DNA of 64,000 bases from Mobula birostris (Eukaryota): the NCBI RefSeq assembly GCF_030028105.1, contig NC_092389.1, positions 31,282,339-31,346,338 of the forward strand, read 5' to 3'. The notes beneath the pieces were generated by a model, which made no database searches, was not told where the DNA came from, and saw only the letters and a program-made list of their open reading frames with translations. The first letter of the stretch is position 1; every line of letters begins with the position of its first letter. The position numbers were made by a program, and so were the translations under genes. Shown in pieces: positions 10,786 through 22,575 of the stretch.

Positions 10786-12429
10786 ATCTCTTCCTGTGAC
10801 AGAATCCAGAGTAGAATCTGCATTTTAGGAGACTGGTGAGAGACTCTGAATGACATAACCAACCCAAAAGAACCAGCAAACAGAGACTCTGGAAATGTTC
10901 GCCCAGAAGAACATGCTAATACTGGTTTTCATATACTACCAGTGAATTTAGAGGATTTTGTGGCACCTTTCCAGTGCCCTGAGGTGTCTGCATTAGGTAA
11001 TCCCGGTCTCAGTAGAGCACTGGTGCCAAGTTGACAATATATTTTTGGCCGGGATTGAGAACTTGATTTTCACATACCTCTTTCAAAGTTCAAAGTAAAT
11101 TTATTAACAAAGTACATATATGTCACCATATGCAACCCTGAAGTTCATTGAGGGCATATGAATCCCCTTTCTCAATTCACCAAAGGCAGTGGTAAATTTC
11201 ATCATCGACTTCTGCTTAAAGTAAGTCGTATCTACTGTGAAAGGACTGTTCCACGCTTTCTCCTGTGTCACTCCAAATAATTCCATTATTGGGTGATCAT
11301 ATTGTTAAATGCTATAGGGCAGTTGAGAACCTTTCTCTTGCAGATGTTGGATGCAATGCCCACCCTTTTGTTAGCTTCAGTGAAAAAAGCCTACAATAGG
11401 CTCTGAGTGCACACAATTGCAAGTGTTGTTTGCACACAGTGGCTGAACTAATGAGGTTGGGGAGACATTAGTTCTGAAGTCTAGTCTCTGAAGGTGGAAC
11501 AGTCCTGCATAAATTCTGGTGATTGACAACACTCATGGGAAGTTTGATGGAGATGAGATACAGTGATGCGGCAAAATAGATCTTAAAAAAATTTAGGCAA
11601 CAATGCAGCTTTCTATGACAGAAGCCTTCATGGGGATTTGCTCTGTTAGTTAGGATCATGACTCACGTACACCATTGAGCAAATGTAAGATGGTGTTGAG
11701 TTTCCGTTGACAGCTGAATTTGATGAGAATACTTCATGGAGTCAAAGGCTTTAGTGAGGTGAAAAAGCCATGTTGAGTGGTTGATGCTGTTTTGGGGGAA
11801 GAGATCTTTGAGCATGCAAGAAGACGGTTAACTTTCCCTGTGGTAACATCAATGAGACCAGTCTTCTTTTCAGATGATCATGATTACAACATCTCCTCTT
11901 ACCAGATGTGGATAATAGGATTTTTGATTCATGACTAAATCCATTATCGCAATGCAATTCAAATGTGAACCTCAGGAGGAGCAACGCTGTTTATTTTTCA
12001 CAGTTGCCTGTGGTTTCTGGTGATCACAACCAAGGCGATAACCAAGGATGAGGAAAAGTTTTCTGCTGAAATGGAACTTAGTTCACCAAGGTAATACAAT
12101 GATCATGGGTGGTGGGTGCAGCTAATATTTCCAACAAATCAAATTTGCAAAAGCAATTCGAAAACTGAATTCGTAATACAGTTTCAGAGCAGATTCCTGG
12201 AGTTAAGTAGCCTGGAGAATAACGGACTAACTTAGATCCTGCCTTGTGTGGTAAAACAGGATTAGCCATTCATCTAATTTTGCAGGATTCCCTGTAGAAG
12301 AACAAATATAATACAATGCAATTTACATTGAGATAGAGAGTGACTCACTCAATGTCAATGTTAAGAATAATAAACTTACCGTTGAATGCAATTACATGGG
12401 TATGGGGATGGGTTGTTGTGAGTTGTAAG

Positions 12430-13750
12430 TAATTTGAGAAATTAGATTAAAATGATCAGTTTTAAATAATTGCTTTCTAATTGTATACATTAGCTTGAAA
12501 AATAAAAGCATCATGGTTAAAATAGTCCATTCCTGGTTGACTAAAGAGTTACAGAAGTGAAAGCTAATAAGCTAGAAGATTAAGAGAGTTTTAGAAGCCA
12601 CTGATTAAAAAAACTAGAAAGAGCAATGAAATAAAATAAGCATGAACCAGCCAAATATAAGAAGCAAAACATGCTGCAAGAGCTTCCTCAAATACCCCAA
12701 AAGGAAAAGAGAAGCCAAAGTTAGCCTAATTCTGCTCTTATGTCTTATGGTCTGGTGGCACTTTGTGAAATGAAGGAAGAAGACAATAAGAGATGGTAGT
12801 CTTGTTAACTTGACATCAGTTGCAGTGAAGCTGCTACAATCCATTCTTAAAGAAGTGTTAACAGGGCATTGGGAAAGATATATATGATTAGGCAGAGTCA
12901 ATATGGTTTTACAAAAAGGAAATTGTGCATGACAAGTCTAATAGAGTCTTTTGTAGGGCATAACAGAATGTAATAGAATTGGATCTGCATTGATAAGGCA
13001 ACACACAGGGCTCGCAGGGACAGTGTAATATGGATTAGAGATTGCTTAATGAGAACAACAGGAAGCAAGAATAAATGAGTCGTTTCCTGGTGTTGAAAGT
13101 GGCTCAGCTATTTTCAGTCCGTATCAATGACAGGTGAATCAGATTCAGGTTCATTTATTAATCACACATACATCAAAACATAGAATGAAACACATTATTT
13201 GCATTAACAACCAACATAAGCTAAGAATCTATGAGGGGCAGCTGAAAAGTGCCTCCAGTGGATTCAGACTCGCAGACATTGGGCCTCTGACTTCTCCGGT
13301 GGACTCAAAGACCCAGGCTGATGAGAGACCTGTAAACCCCAGTGTTCAGAGGAATGCCGATGTCCTCGTAGACAAAATCCAAAAAACTGAAAGTAATCCA
13401 AAAGCAAAATGTTACCTATCTGAAATAAAACAAATGCTGAAAACATTACAACAGTCAGGCAGAATTTGTGATGAAAGTGGCATAGTTAAAATTTCTTACA
13501 ACAGTTTGTCAACCTGAAACATTAGCTGTTCTTCTCTCTATATAGATACTGACTGACTTGGTGAGAATATTCAGCATTCTCCAACTTCATTTTGCAAAGT
13601 GAACAGAGGTAAAGGAAGTGTCAGATTTTATTGCATGGTTGTTTGGAGAGCACAAACAATAGCATTACTGAAAGATGCACCTGGTATCTGTTGAAGAAAG
13701 GATACATGCTTCGGCTGTGATGTACTGTAGATTCACAAGATTGTTTGAAT
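12430..13750 (+). mobile_element. Highly decayed CR1 LINE with later insertions
   Basis: Remnants of vnltsv.vkll.sil, qygftkgklcmtsli and miglepyllle-like CR1 segments. Confidence 0.5.
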
Positions 13751-15174
13751 TAGAGGTCCATGCTCCCTGCTGATCTTTGGCATAAGGGCCAATTTACCTT
13801 TTATGGCTGTGCCAATGTTATCTAACTGAAAGCCACTTCACTACTAACTGGTTAAGGCAGTGCTTGGTGAGAGGCACTATGTAATGTAATGGTGTCATGT
13901 AGTCAAGTCAGGATGGACATAGTCTCCGAACAGCGAAATAGAACTTTAATGACTGTCAAAGTCAAACCACCAGATATCTCACCAGCTGTCCAACCAATCA
14001 AGGATTTTGGATTCTTCTGAATATTCCTAACATTTGAGACAATTAAACATCAATTGTTCAATTGCAAATATTACATTTATTAAAATTTTAATAAAATAAA
14101 TGTATAAATGCAAAAATACTTGACCAATTAACTTTTAACTAAATTCAGCAAGTTAAAAGGTAATGCAAATTAATGTAACTTTTCTCCTTCATAGCTGCTT
14201 TAAATAGAATTGCTTGTGCAGAAGGTCTAATGTGGTACAGATTGGGGGGGTTTTATATTTCTCATTATTGTTACTGGGGAAATTGAGCAAGCTTGAGATC
14301 TGCCACTGGATATCATAAGTACAAGACCAGAGTGCAGTAGACAACTGAGTGCTTTGTCTTCCATTGGCAGGGTGGTGGATGGGGTCCCATCTCTCTAACA
14401 CTTGTGGGGTGATAAAGGCTAACAATATTGCATGGAACCTCTGGGCAAGTTAAAGCAGGTTTTAGCCGTTTTGTATTCTGAGAATGTCTTGAAGGGTGGA
14501 TGTTGTGAGTGTTCTCATAAAGTTGTGGAGATTTATAACTTCCAAAAAAGTCCTTTGGCCCATCAAGTCTGCACAATCATTATGCACCCATCTATCCTAA
14601 TCTTATTTTAATTGCCTCCTTGTTTTCCATATTCTGTCAGAGAAACTGGAACAGGACGGCGGTGGGGTATTTAAAATGAGATTTGTATAGATGGGTAACC
14701 TCAGGTTAGCTGCATAAAACGGAGATATGGAACAATTTCTTCAGTGAGTGAATTGTAAATCTTCGGAATTCTCTGCCTCTGAGAGCTGCCGATGCTCAGT
14801 TACTGTGTAAATTTGAACCTGAGAAGATATATAGATGGATTCCGATGTGGATCAGGAGATGTAGGAAGAAAGGACGAAACTGGACGAGTTGACGGATCAG
14901 CTTCAAAATTGAATGGTAGAGCTACAGGTCCTTTTTCTGTTCTCACTTCATATCCTCTTGCACTTCTGTTTAATGTGAAACTAACCCTTTGAGTAATGTG
15001 GAATGATCTTTGCAGGTAAGGAGTTGATGGATGGATAATGTCTAGCAGGTCTAAGATGACCACAGCTTGACATTGAGTATACCTTTGCAACCACCAAGAG
15101 TTAAGCCATTCAAGAAACTTTCTCAGCTTCTAGGGGATGAGGGATACAGAGCAAACTCTCCCTTCTACTCTGAA

Positions 15175-15715
15175 AATCAATCAGAATCAGAATTAGATTT
15201 ATGAACACTATAACATATAATGAGAAATTTGTTATTTTGTGCAGCAGTGCAGAGCAACAAGACATAAGATTTAAAAAAATTACAAAATAAATAAACAGCG
15301 CAGAAATGAACAATGAGATTGCATTCATGGGTTCATGGACTGTTCAGAAATCTAATCACAGAGGGGAAGAAGTTGTTCCTAAATAGTTAAGCATGGGTCT
15401 TTCGGCTCCTGCACCTCCTCCCAGTTGATAGTAATGAGAAGAAGGCATGCCCCAGGTGTTAGATGGCTCTGAGTGATGAATGCTGTCTTCTTGAGAAACC
15501 AGTTCTTAAAGACGTCCTTGATAATGGGGAAGGTTGTACCCAAGATGGAACTGGAGGCTACAACACTCTGGGGACTCTTGTGATTCTGTGCATTACAGCT
15601 TCCATGCCAGGTAGTGATGCAACAGTCAGAATGCTCTCCACCATATATCCATAGTAATTAGGTGACATACCAAATGTCATCACATTCCTAATGAAATACA
15701 CATTGATGACATTTA
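15175..15715 (-). mobile_element. Rex1/Babar 3' end
   Basis: (tcagaa)n tail and gaggggaagaagttgttcct..ggctcctgcacctcct, which is the reverse complement of about 37470-37545. Confidence 0.75.
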
Positions 15716-15856
15716 ACGACAAGGGTTCCTGTTCAACCACTTGATAAAAATAATTCTCATTTAAAGAAGCAAATTTATTCCTGATGTTCAGGTGCAATGC
15801 TATTTATCCAGGGAATAAAACCTATATTAGAACATCTCAGTCCACAAATTCTGCCT

Positions 15857-15950
15857 TGCTGAAGGACCTTAGCCTGAAACATCGACTGTACTCTTTTCCA
15901 TAGCTGCTGCCTGGCCTGCTGAGTTCCTCCAGCATTTTGTGTGTGTTCCA
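15857..15950 (+). repeat. Penelope terminal-repeat fragment
   Basis: gctgaaggaccttagcctgaaacatcgactgtac...gctgcctggcctgctgagttcctccagcattttgtgtgtg. Confidence 0.75.
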
Positions 15951-17513
15951 CAAATTCCAGCCCAGGTCAAAACTATTATCCTGTCAGACAAGTGTGAGAC
16001 TGTCGTACTAAATGTACTTAATGCTCTTCAACTAGTGCCTTGATTTAGTACAATCTTGAAAGGGCACAGACAGCGAAATACTTTTAGAAATAAGGCCCCG
16101 AGAAGCTGAAGCAAAAGCAAATGAAAATGCATTGTGATGTTGGATGAAATTGGGAACTTTAGATCAGTTTTAGAGGGTAATGATTTTTCAGTTTATTGGA
16201 TGGTAAATTTTCTCCTGGGTCTTTGAATATGATAAAATAGCAATATAACAGGATATGTACAATTGGATTAGAGGATGTAACAGAAGATATAAAATATTAA
16301 TAGGAAAATGACACCACAGGAATGGTTTAAGCTTTTTGCCTGATGTGCTTGAATTTCAGGAATGTGAATAAAGGTGGTCAGAGGAATAGTAGTTGAAATG
16401 CAGTAAATAAACCACAGTGATAACAAACAGTGTTCAGTCAACAATAAACAGCGTAATGGTGTGCCGTTTGTACTTTGCCAGAATCACTGGCTCCAGAAAT
16501 GATCACAGACAAAATTGGACCAAAGAGCTGACTACCAGATGTGAGGGGAAAGTGACTGCCACTGGTATCAGTGGGCATCAAGAAGCTCAGTGGAAAATGC
16601 AGTTAGTGGAAAGCATTAGAATAACAAGCAATGGGACAGTCCTATTTCCCATAAAGGAAGCTGGTTATAGTTGATGAAGATCAATCATCTCAGCCTCAGG
16701 ACATCATTAGACACATCCAGTGTCTAAGGTCCAACCATCTAGTTTTCCTCCCATTGTGAAGTCAAATGTAGAGATCATTGCACAATATATAATCTTATTT
16801 ACAAACCCTCATCAAATGAAGCAGCCTATGCTTGCATGCAACCAAGTCTATGCATCATTCAGGAACAGACTGAAAAGTGGCAAATGACAGAGGCAAGGAT
16901 GACTTCTAAAAAGAGATGATCCAACTACTTATCAAGTCTAATCTCTTCTTAAGGATATTTAGGGATGGGAAAAAAATTTGGCCTTGACAGTGTGGCTTAT
17001 CTCCCATTAAAGTAAGTGTACACTGACTATATACGTTACTATACGGTGCTTATTAGGTCCATGAGAGTATATTGTCAGAATTTCATGCACCACCAGATGT
17101 GTTTGATGCATTTTATACTACATTTGGATGCAGTGTATATGCCACCTATACACAGTATATACTGTATGCTTAGTACATATGCTGTCAGCCTGTGTGCAGT
17201 TTGTATAACAGAATGTTTACTTGTAAAATTGCTTTGGAAAAGGATGGAGGAAGTGTAATATTTTACATGTTCTTGCTGTATTGTCCTCAAGCAGGACAGT
17301 CTTAAACCTTTGATTTGAAATACTTACTGGACTTCAATGAGGCACTTAACAAGTCTGCAAGTAAGTTGCCTTTTCAATAATGCATTAAATAATGTTCTTA
17401 CACTGAACTCTCCAGGTGTTCCCTCAAGTAAGCTGGTTACACAGAATAAATTAGATTATTTCCAGCATGTGAGGATATTTCTCAAAGTAACAGCCATTGT
17501 GTTGACATATCAA

Positions 17514-18691
17514 TAGTACTGAAAGTCGTAGGCACAAATATATAACAAGGGTGCCTAAGACTTTTGCACAGTACTGTATTTGTCAACATGGATTGGAGAG
17601 CAAGTTTGTAAACCTGGTGGGAGGAAAGGATGTTGTGAATGGTAAGACTGGAGAGGTGTGGGACAGGTGACAGAGAAGGAGTGCCAGGGCCAGGGCTTGG
17701 TGCAGACACCCAGCCCTGAGACACAAGGCAAAATCATTTGATTCCAAACAATTGGTTTATTGATCATTACAGAATGTCTCTCTGGTGTTCCCCCACCCTC
17801 CCCTTTCCCTTACCCTTTTCCGAACCATTGATTCCCCTCTCTGTGCACCCCTTCCCACACTCAGTCCACAACAAATAACCACATCAAAATCAGGTTCATT
17901 ATCACTCACATATGTCATGAAATTTGTTTTTTTTTTGCCGCAATACCGTGCAATATATAAAATTACTATAGTGCTGTGCTAAAGTCTTAGGCACCTTAGC
18001 TATATATAGGCAGGAGGAGAAGATGGCAGCACAACGCAGCGCGCGTGGCTCTCCGGTGAAATGATATTGTATCTGTTAAATAGGGGCCATGGACAATTCT
18101 GATTTGATGGAGACAGACGTGAAAGCACAGAGGAACATCTGGAGAAACTTCTGAAATGCCGGTTCGCTGCCGCCATTACTGTGCGATCGAGAATCTTCTG
18201 GAGGGAAGGCCCCAAAACCCCCGGCTTTGCCTGCTGCTGGCGACCGAGGCTGAGGTCGAAGCGTTCGGATAGAGATGGTGCTCGGTACTCAGTGTCGGAG
18301 GGCTGATCAGAGCTCGAAGTTTTCGGACGACTCAGAGTCGGACTGTGGTTGGGCATGGCAGGGAGAGTTTTCTTCCTTCTCCCGTCTGCGTGAGATGTGG
18401 GACATTTGAGAGACTTTGAACTTTTTTTACTGTGCCATGGCCTGTTCTTCATCAAGTTATGGTATTGTTGCACTGTTGCAACTATATGTTATAATTATGT
18501 GGTTTTTGTTAGTTTTTCAGTCTTGGTTTGTCCTGTGTTTCTGTGATATCACACCGGAGGAATATTGTATCATTTCTTAATGCATGCATTACTAAATGAC
18601 AATAAAAGAGGACTGCGTGTCCTCATAATCTAATAATCTACTCTAATGTATATATATATATATGTGCCGAAGACTTTTGCACAGGATGGTA
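17514..18691. mobile_element. Tc1/mariner-type non-autonomous composite with TIR-TIR hairpin ends
   Basis: TIR consensus CAGTACTGTGCAAAAGTCTTAGGCAC at 17514-17535 and 17967-17994, and inverted at 17551-17578 and 18664-18691. TA dinucleotides flank the ends. Confidence 0.75.
18009..18645 (+). mobile_element. Young CpG-rich non-autonomous retroelement inserted in a (TA)n tract
   Basis: Starts with aagatggcagc (YY1-like, as at Rex1-type 5' ends) and ends aataaaa...taatctaataatcta. It is flanked by tatata on both sides and has many intact CpGs. Confidence 0.6.
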
Positions 18692-19480
18692 GCTCTTACA
18701 GTCAAGCTGACCCCACCAGCTGCCAAGGAAAAGAGAAATGAACTAATTGGTGGGACTGAATTCAAAGAATCAAGGTGAACAGGATAAAGGGAAGTAATTA
18801 TTCCTTTTAATTGGCATCTCTATTTTACAATATACAGCATGAAGTCATTTTCCAGAAGTTACATATTTTGTTGGAAATACATTGAAGGACAAGGAGAGCA
18901 GATCTGTGATGGAACTGAATATGGTTCCAAGACAATCTTATCTTGTAAACACAAAATAACACTTTGCAGATGTATGACCAACTACATAAATTTCAGCCAG
19001 AATCACAAGAGTGGTTAGCTTCAATAGAAGTTCGGAAATGTGGAAAATACTGCACTCGAAATTTGATATAAGTGGAAATCAGACCCATGGTGGAAGTGCA
19101 ACTTATTGAGAAAATGGAGAGGAAACAGAGGTGAAATGTGAGAATCATATATTCAGTTTACCATAGAATTAAAGAGGATTTATTTCAACGTCAGGAGTAT
19201 TGTAGGCAAGGCAGATGAACCTCAAGCATGGATCAGCACAGGAATTATGATCTTGGCTATTAGTGAGACTTAGCTGCAGGAGGGGCAGGACGGGCATCAA
19301 AGTGTTCCAGGGTTCCAATGCTTTAGCCATGATAGACTGGGAGGGATTAAAGGGGGTTTGATGACACTACTGATCTGGGAAAATATCAAGGCAGTGCTTA
19401 GGAGAGGAGAAGGTCATCTACTGTGGCAGTATGGGTGGAACTGAGGAATAAAAGAGGATGACCACATTAATAGGACTATA

Positions 19481-19783
19481 GGGTGCCATGGTAACATAGT
19501 GTTCAGTGCGGTGTGATTACAGCTTGGGGCATCGGAGTTCAAAGTTCAATTCCAGTGTCCTCCATGAGCAGTTTGTTTGTCCTCCCCATGGAATGTGTGG
19601 GTTTATCATTGCTGCTCTGCTTTCTCCCACAGTCGAAAGACGTACCCGGTAGGTTAATTTGTTATTGTAAAATGTCCTGTGATTAGGCTAGGGTTAGATT
19701 GGAGTTGTCAGGGTTTGCTGGGGTGGTGTGGCTTGAAGGGACAGGAGGGCCTGATCGACACTGTATCCTTAACTAAATAAATA
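19481..19783 (+). mobile_element. tRNA-derived V-SINE/HE1-like SINE inserted in CR1
   Basis: A/B-box-like head (ggtaacatagtg, agttcaattcc), core tgtgtgggttt..ctcccacagtcgaaagacgtac..ggttaat, and taaataaat tail. It splits the CR1 YYRPP motif. Confidence 0.7.
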
Positions 19784-19841
19784 TTATAGACCACCCAATA
19801 GTCAGTTGGGATGTAGAGGAATAAATTTGTAGGGTTAGCAG

Positions 19842-20001
19842 TCTGTCTCTCTAGGTACCATATCTGATGCGGACTTTGGTGACCATGGTTTTCCATATAG
19901 ATCTATCCCTCATTTTTTGGATGACTTCCATTTCCTCGATGTGTAGCCACCTGGCTATGCTTTTGATGTATGTAAGCCGAGGTCTTCCTCTAGGTTTACT
20001 C
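19842..20001 (-). mobile_element. RTE-clade LINE 3' end
   Basis: The minus strand reads PRGRPRLTYIKSIARWLHIEEMEVIQKMRDRSIWKTMV. It is flanked by tagggttagcag / tagagttagcag (11 of 12 match, TSD). Confidence 0.75.
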
Positions 20002-22484
20002 TAGAGTTAGCAGACAGGTGCAAAATATATAAGGCTGTGACAGTAGGTGATTTTAACTTTCCACATATTAACTGGGACTTCCATACTGGTAAGGGATTGG
20101 ATGGGATAGTGCTTGTCAATTGTGTTCAGGAAAGTTTCCTTCATCAATATGTGGAGGTCCCAACTAGAAAATACTTGATACTGCGTCTCCTCTTAGGGAG
20201 TGAGCTAGGGCAGGTGACAGAAGTGTGTGTGGTGAAACACTTTGTATCTAGTGATCATAATTCCACTAGTTATGGATAACAATAGTACTGGTCTGCTGGT
20301 TAAGGTTCTAAGTAGCAGGAAGACCAATTTTAATAGCATCACAAGACATCTGGCAGGTGTGGACTGGGATTGGGTGGTTTCTGACAAGCAGATGATGGTT
20401 AAGCGAGAAGCTTTCAAAGGTGCTATATTGAGAGCACAGAATCTGAAAGTTCCTTTTAGAATAAAATCAAGGCTAGCAGGTTAAGGGCACCGTGGTTATT
20501 GAGGGATAGTGTGGCCCTGGTAAAGAAGTAGAAGGAGGTGTATAACAGGTATAAACAGCATATAGAAATGAGTTGTTTGACAAGTATAGGAAATGCAAGA
20601 CAGCGCAAATGACCAAAATCAGGAGGGTTAAAAGAAGGTATGAGGTTGCTTCGGCAGGCAAGATGAAGGAGAATCCCAAGGTATTCCATAGCTGTGTTAA
20701 GAGTGAAAAGGATAGCAAGGGACAAAATTGAAACTCTTGAAAATCAGCGTGATCATCTTTGCATGGAATCGAAAGAGATGAGAGAGAACTTGAATGATTT
20801 TTTTTTTGCATCCCTATTTACACAGGAGAGAGACAAGGACACAATAATAGTAAGGCAAAAGGGTAGTGCAGTCAAGGACTGTTTCCAGATTACAGAGGAG
20901 GAGATGTTTGCTGCCTTGAGGCAAGTTAGGGTGGATAAATCTCTAGGGCCTGCCAAGGAGTTCCTTCAGACCTTGTGGGAGGCTAGTGCAGAATTGGCAG
21001 CAATATTTAAAATGTCCTTAGTCACAAGGGAGATGCTAGAGGAGTAGAGGATAATTAATGTAGTTCTATAGTATAAGAAAGGCTCTAAGAGTAAACCAGA
21101 AAATTATAGGTTGGTAAGCCTCACATCATTAATGGGTAAATTATTGGAAGGCATTATAGGTGAAAGCATTTATAAGTATTCAAATAGACGGGGCCTGATT
21201 AGGGACATTCTATATGTCTTTATCATGGCTAAACAATTTCATAGAGATTTTTGAGGAGGCTACCATGAAGGCTGACAAAGGGAAGGCAGCGAACATTGTC
21301 TACATGGAATTTTGACGAAGTCCGACATGGGAGTCTGGTTCAAACACTTAATAGCCTCGGCATTCAGGATGAAGCAGTCAATCGGATTCAGCATTAGCTT
21401 CACGGGAGAAGCCAGAGAGTGGTAGGAGATGGTTGTCTTTCTGATTGGAGTCCTGTGACGAGCGAGGCTCCACAGGGATTGATTCTGGGTCCATTGTGGT
21501 TTATCATCCATATTAATGATTTAGATTAAAATGAGGTAAACTAGATCAGCAAATTTGGGGATGACATCAAGATTGGGGGTGTAGTGGACAGTGAGGAAAG
21601 CTATCGAAGCTTACAGCAGGATCTAGACCAGCTGGAAAAATAAGTTTAAAAATGCCGGATGGAATTTAATACAGAGTGAGATGCTGCACTTTTGGAGCAC
21701 AACCAGAATGTCAGGGCTTTGTGATGTGCCGTTGAACAGAGGGACCTAGGGATGCAGGTCCAGAATTCCTTGAAAATGGTGTCACAGGTCGAGAGAGTCA
21801 TAAAGACAGCTTTTGGAACATTGGCCTTAATAAATCAAAGTATTGAGTACAGGAGTTGGGATGTTATGTTAAAATTATGTAAGACATTGGTGTTGCCCAA
21901 TTTGGAATATTGTGTGCAGTTCTAGTCAACTATATATTGGAAGGATATCAATAAGATTGAAAAAATGTTGAGAAAATTTACAAGGATGTTGGTGGGACTT
22001 GGGGACTTGAGTTACAGGAAAAGGTTGAATAGGCTAGGACCTTACTCCTTGGAGCACAGGAAAATGAGGGGAGATCTTATGTCCATTTACATAATTATGA
22101 GGAGTATATTTACAATGAATGCATGCAGGCTTTTCCCACTGAGGTTGGGTGAGACAAGAACTAAACATCATAGGTATTGGGTGAAAGTTGCAACACTTAA
22201 GGAGAATCTGAAGGGGATCTTCTTCACTTAGAGGGGAGTGCGAGTGTAGAATGAGCTGCCAGTGAAAGAGTTAGATGATGCGAGCACACTTTGGTATTTA
22301 AGAAAAGCTTGGATAGGTATGTGGATGGAAGATATTTGGAGGGATATGGTCTCGGTGCAAGTAGATGGGACAGAAGATCATTTCAGCATGGTCTAGATGG
22401 GCCAAAGGGCCTGTTTTTCTTGCTGTAGTAGTCAATAACTCTGTGAGGATCATACAGAATGGAAACAATTCATTTGGCCTAAGA

Positions 22485-22575
22485 CAGGGGTTCCGAAACT
22501 TTTTTATGCCATGGACCCCTACCATTAACCAAGGGGGGGGGGGATGTCTGTGGACCCCCAGGTTGGGAACCCCTG
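22485..22575. mobile_element. 91-bp hAT (Charlie-type) MITE inserted in a minus-strand SINE (about 22450-22870)
   Basis: TIRs caggggttccgaa / ttgggaacccctg, with 8-bp flanks gcctaaga / ccctatga. Confidence 0.8.

Larger units (their letters stand above)
19150..22435 (+). mobile_element. Near-full-length decayed CR1 ORF2 (endonuclease plus RT) with nested SINE and RTE insertions
   Basis: Motifs FNVRSIVGKADE, ISET, YRPP, VGDFNFPHINW, SDHNS, FASLFT, FGDD and LEYCVQF. 3' tail gatgggccaaagggcctgttt. Confidence 0.9.

Noticed and set aside
18000-18473. 157-aa minus-strand ORF
   Set aside because: It is an antisense frame of a GC-rich repeat with no domain.
19481-19560. tRNA-like sequence (also at about 43848)
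   Set aside because: These are SINE heads with no complete cloverleaf.
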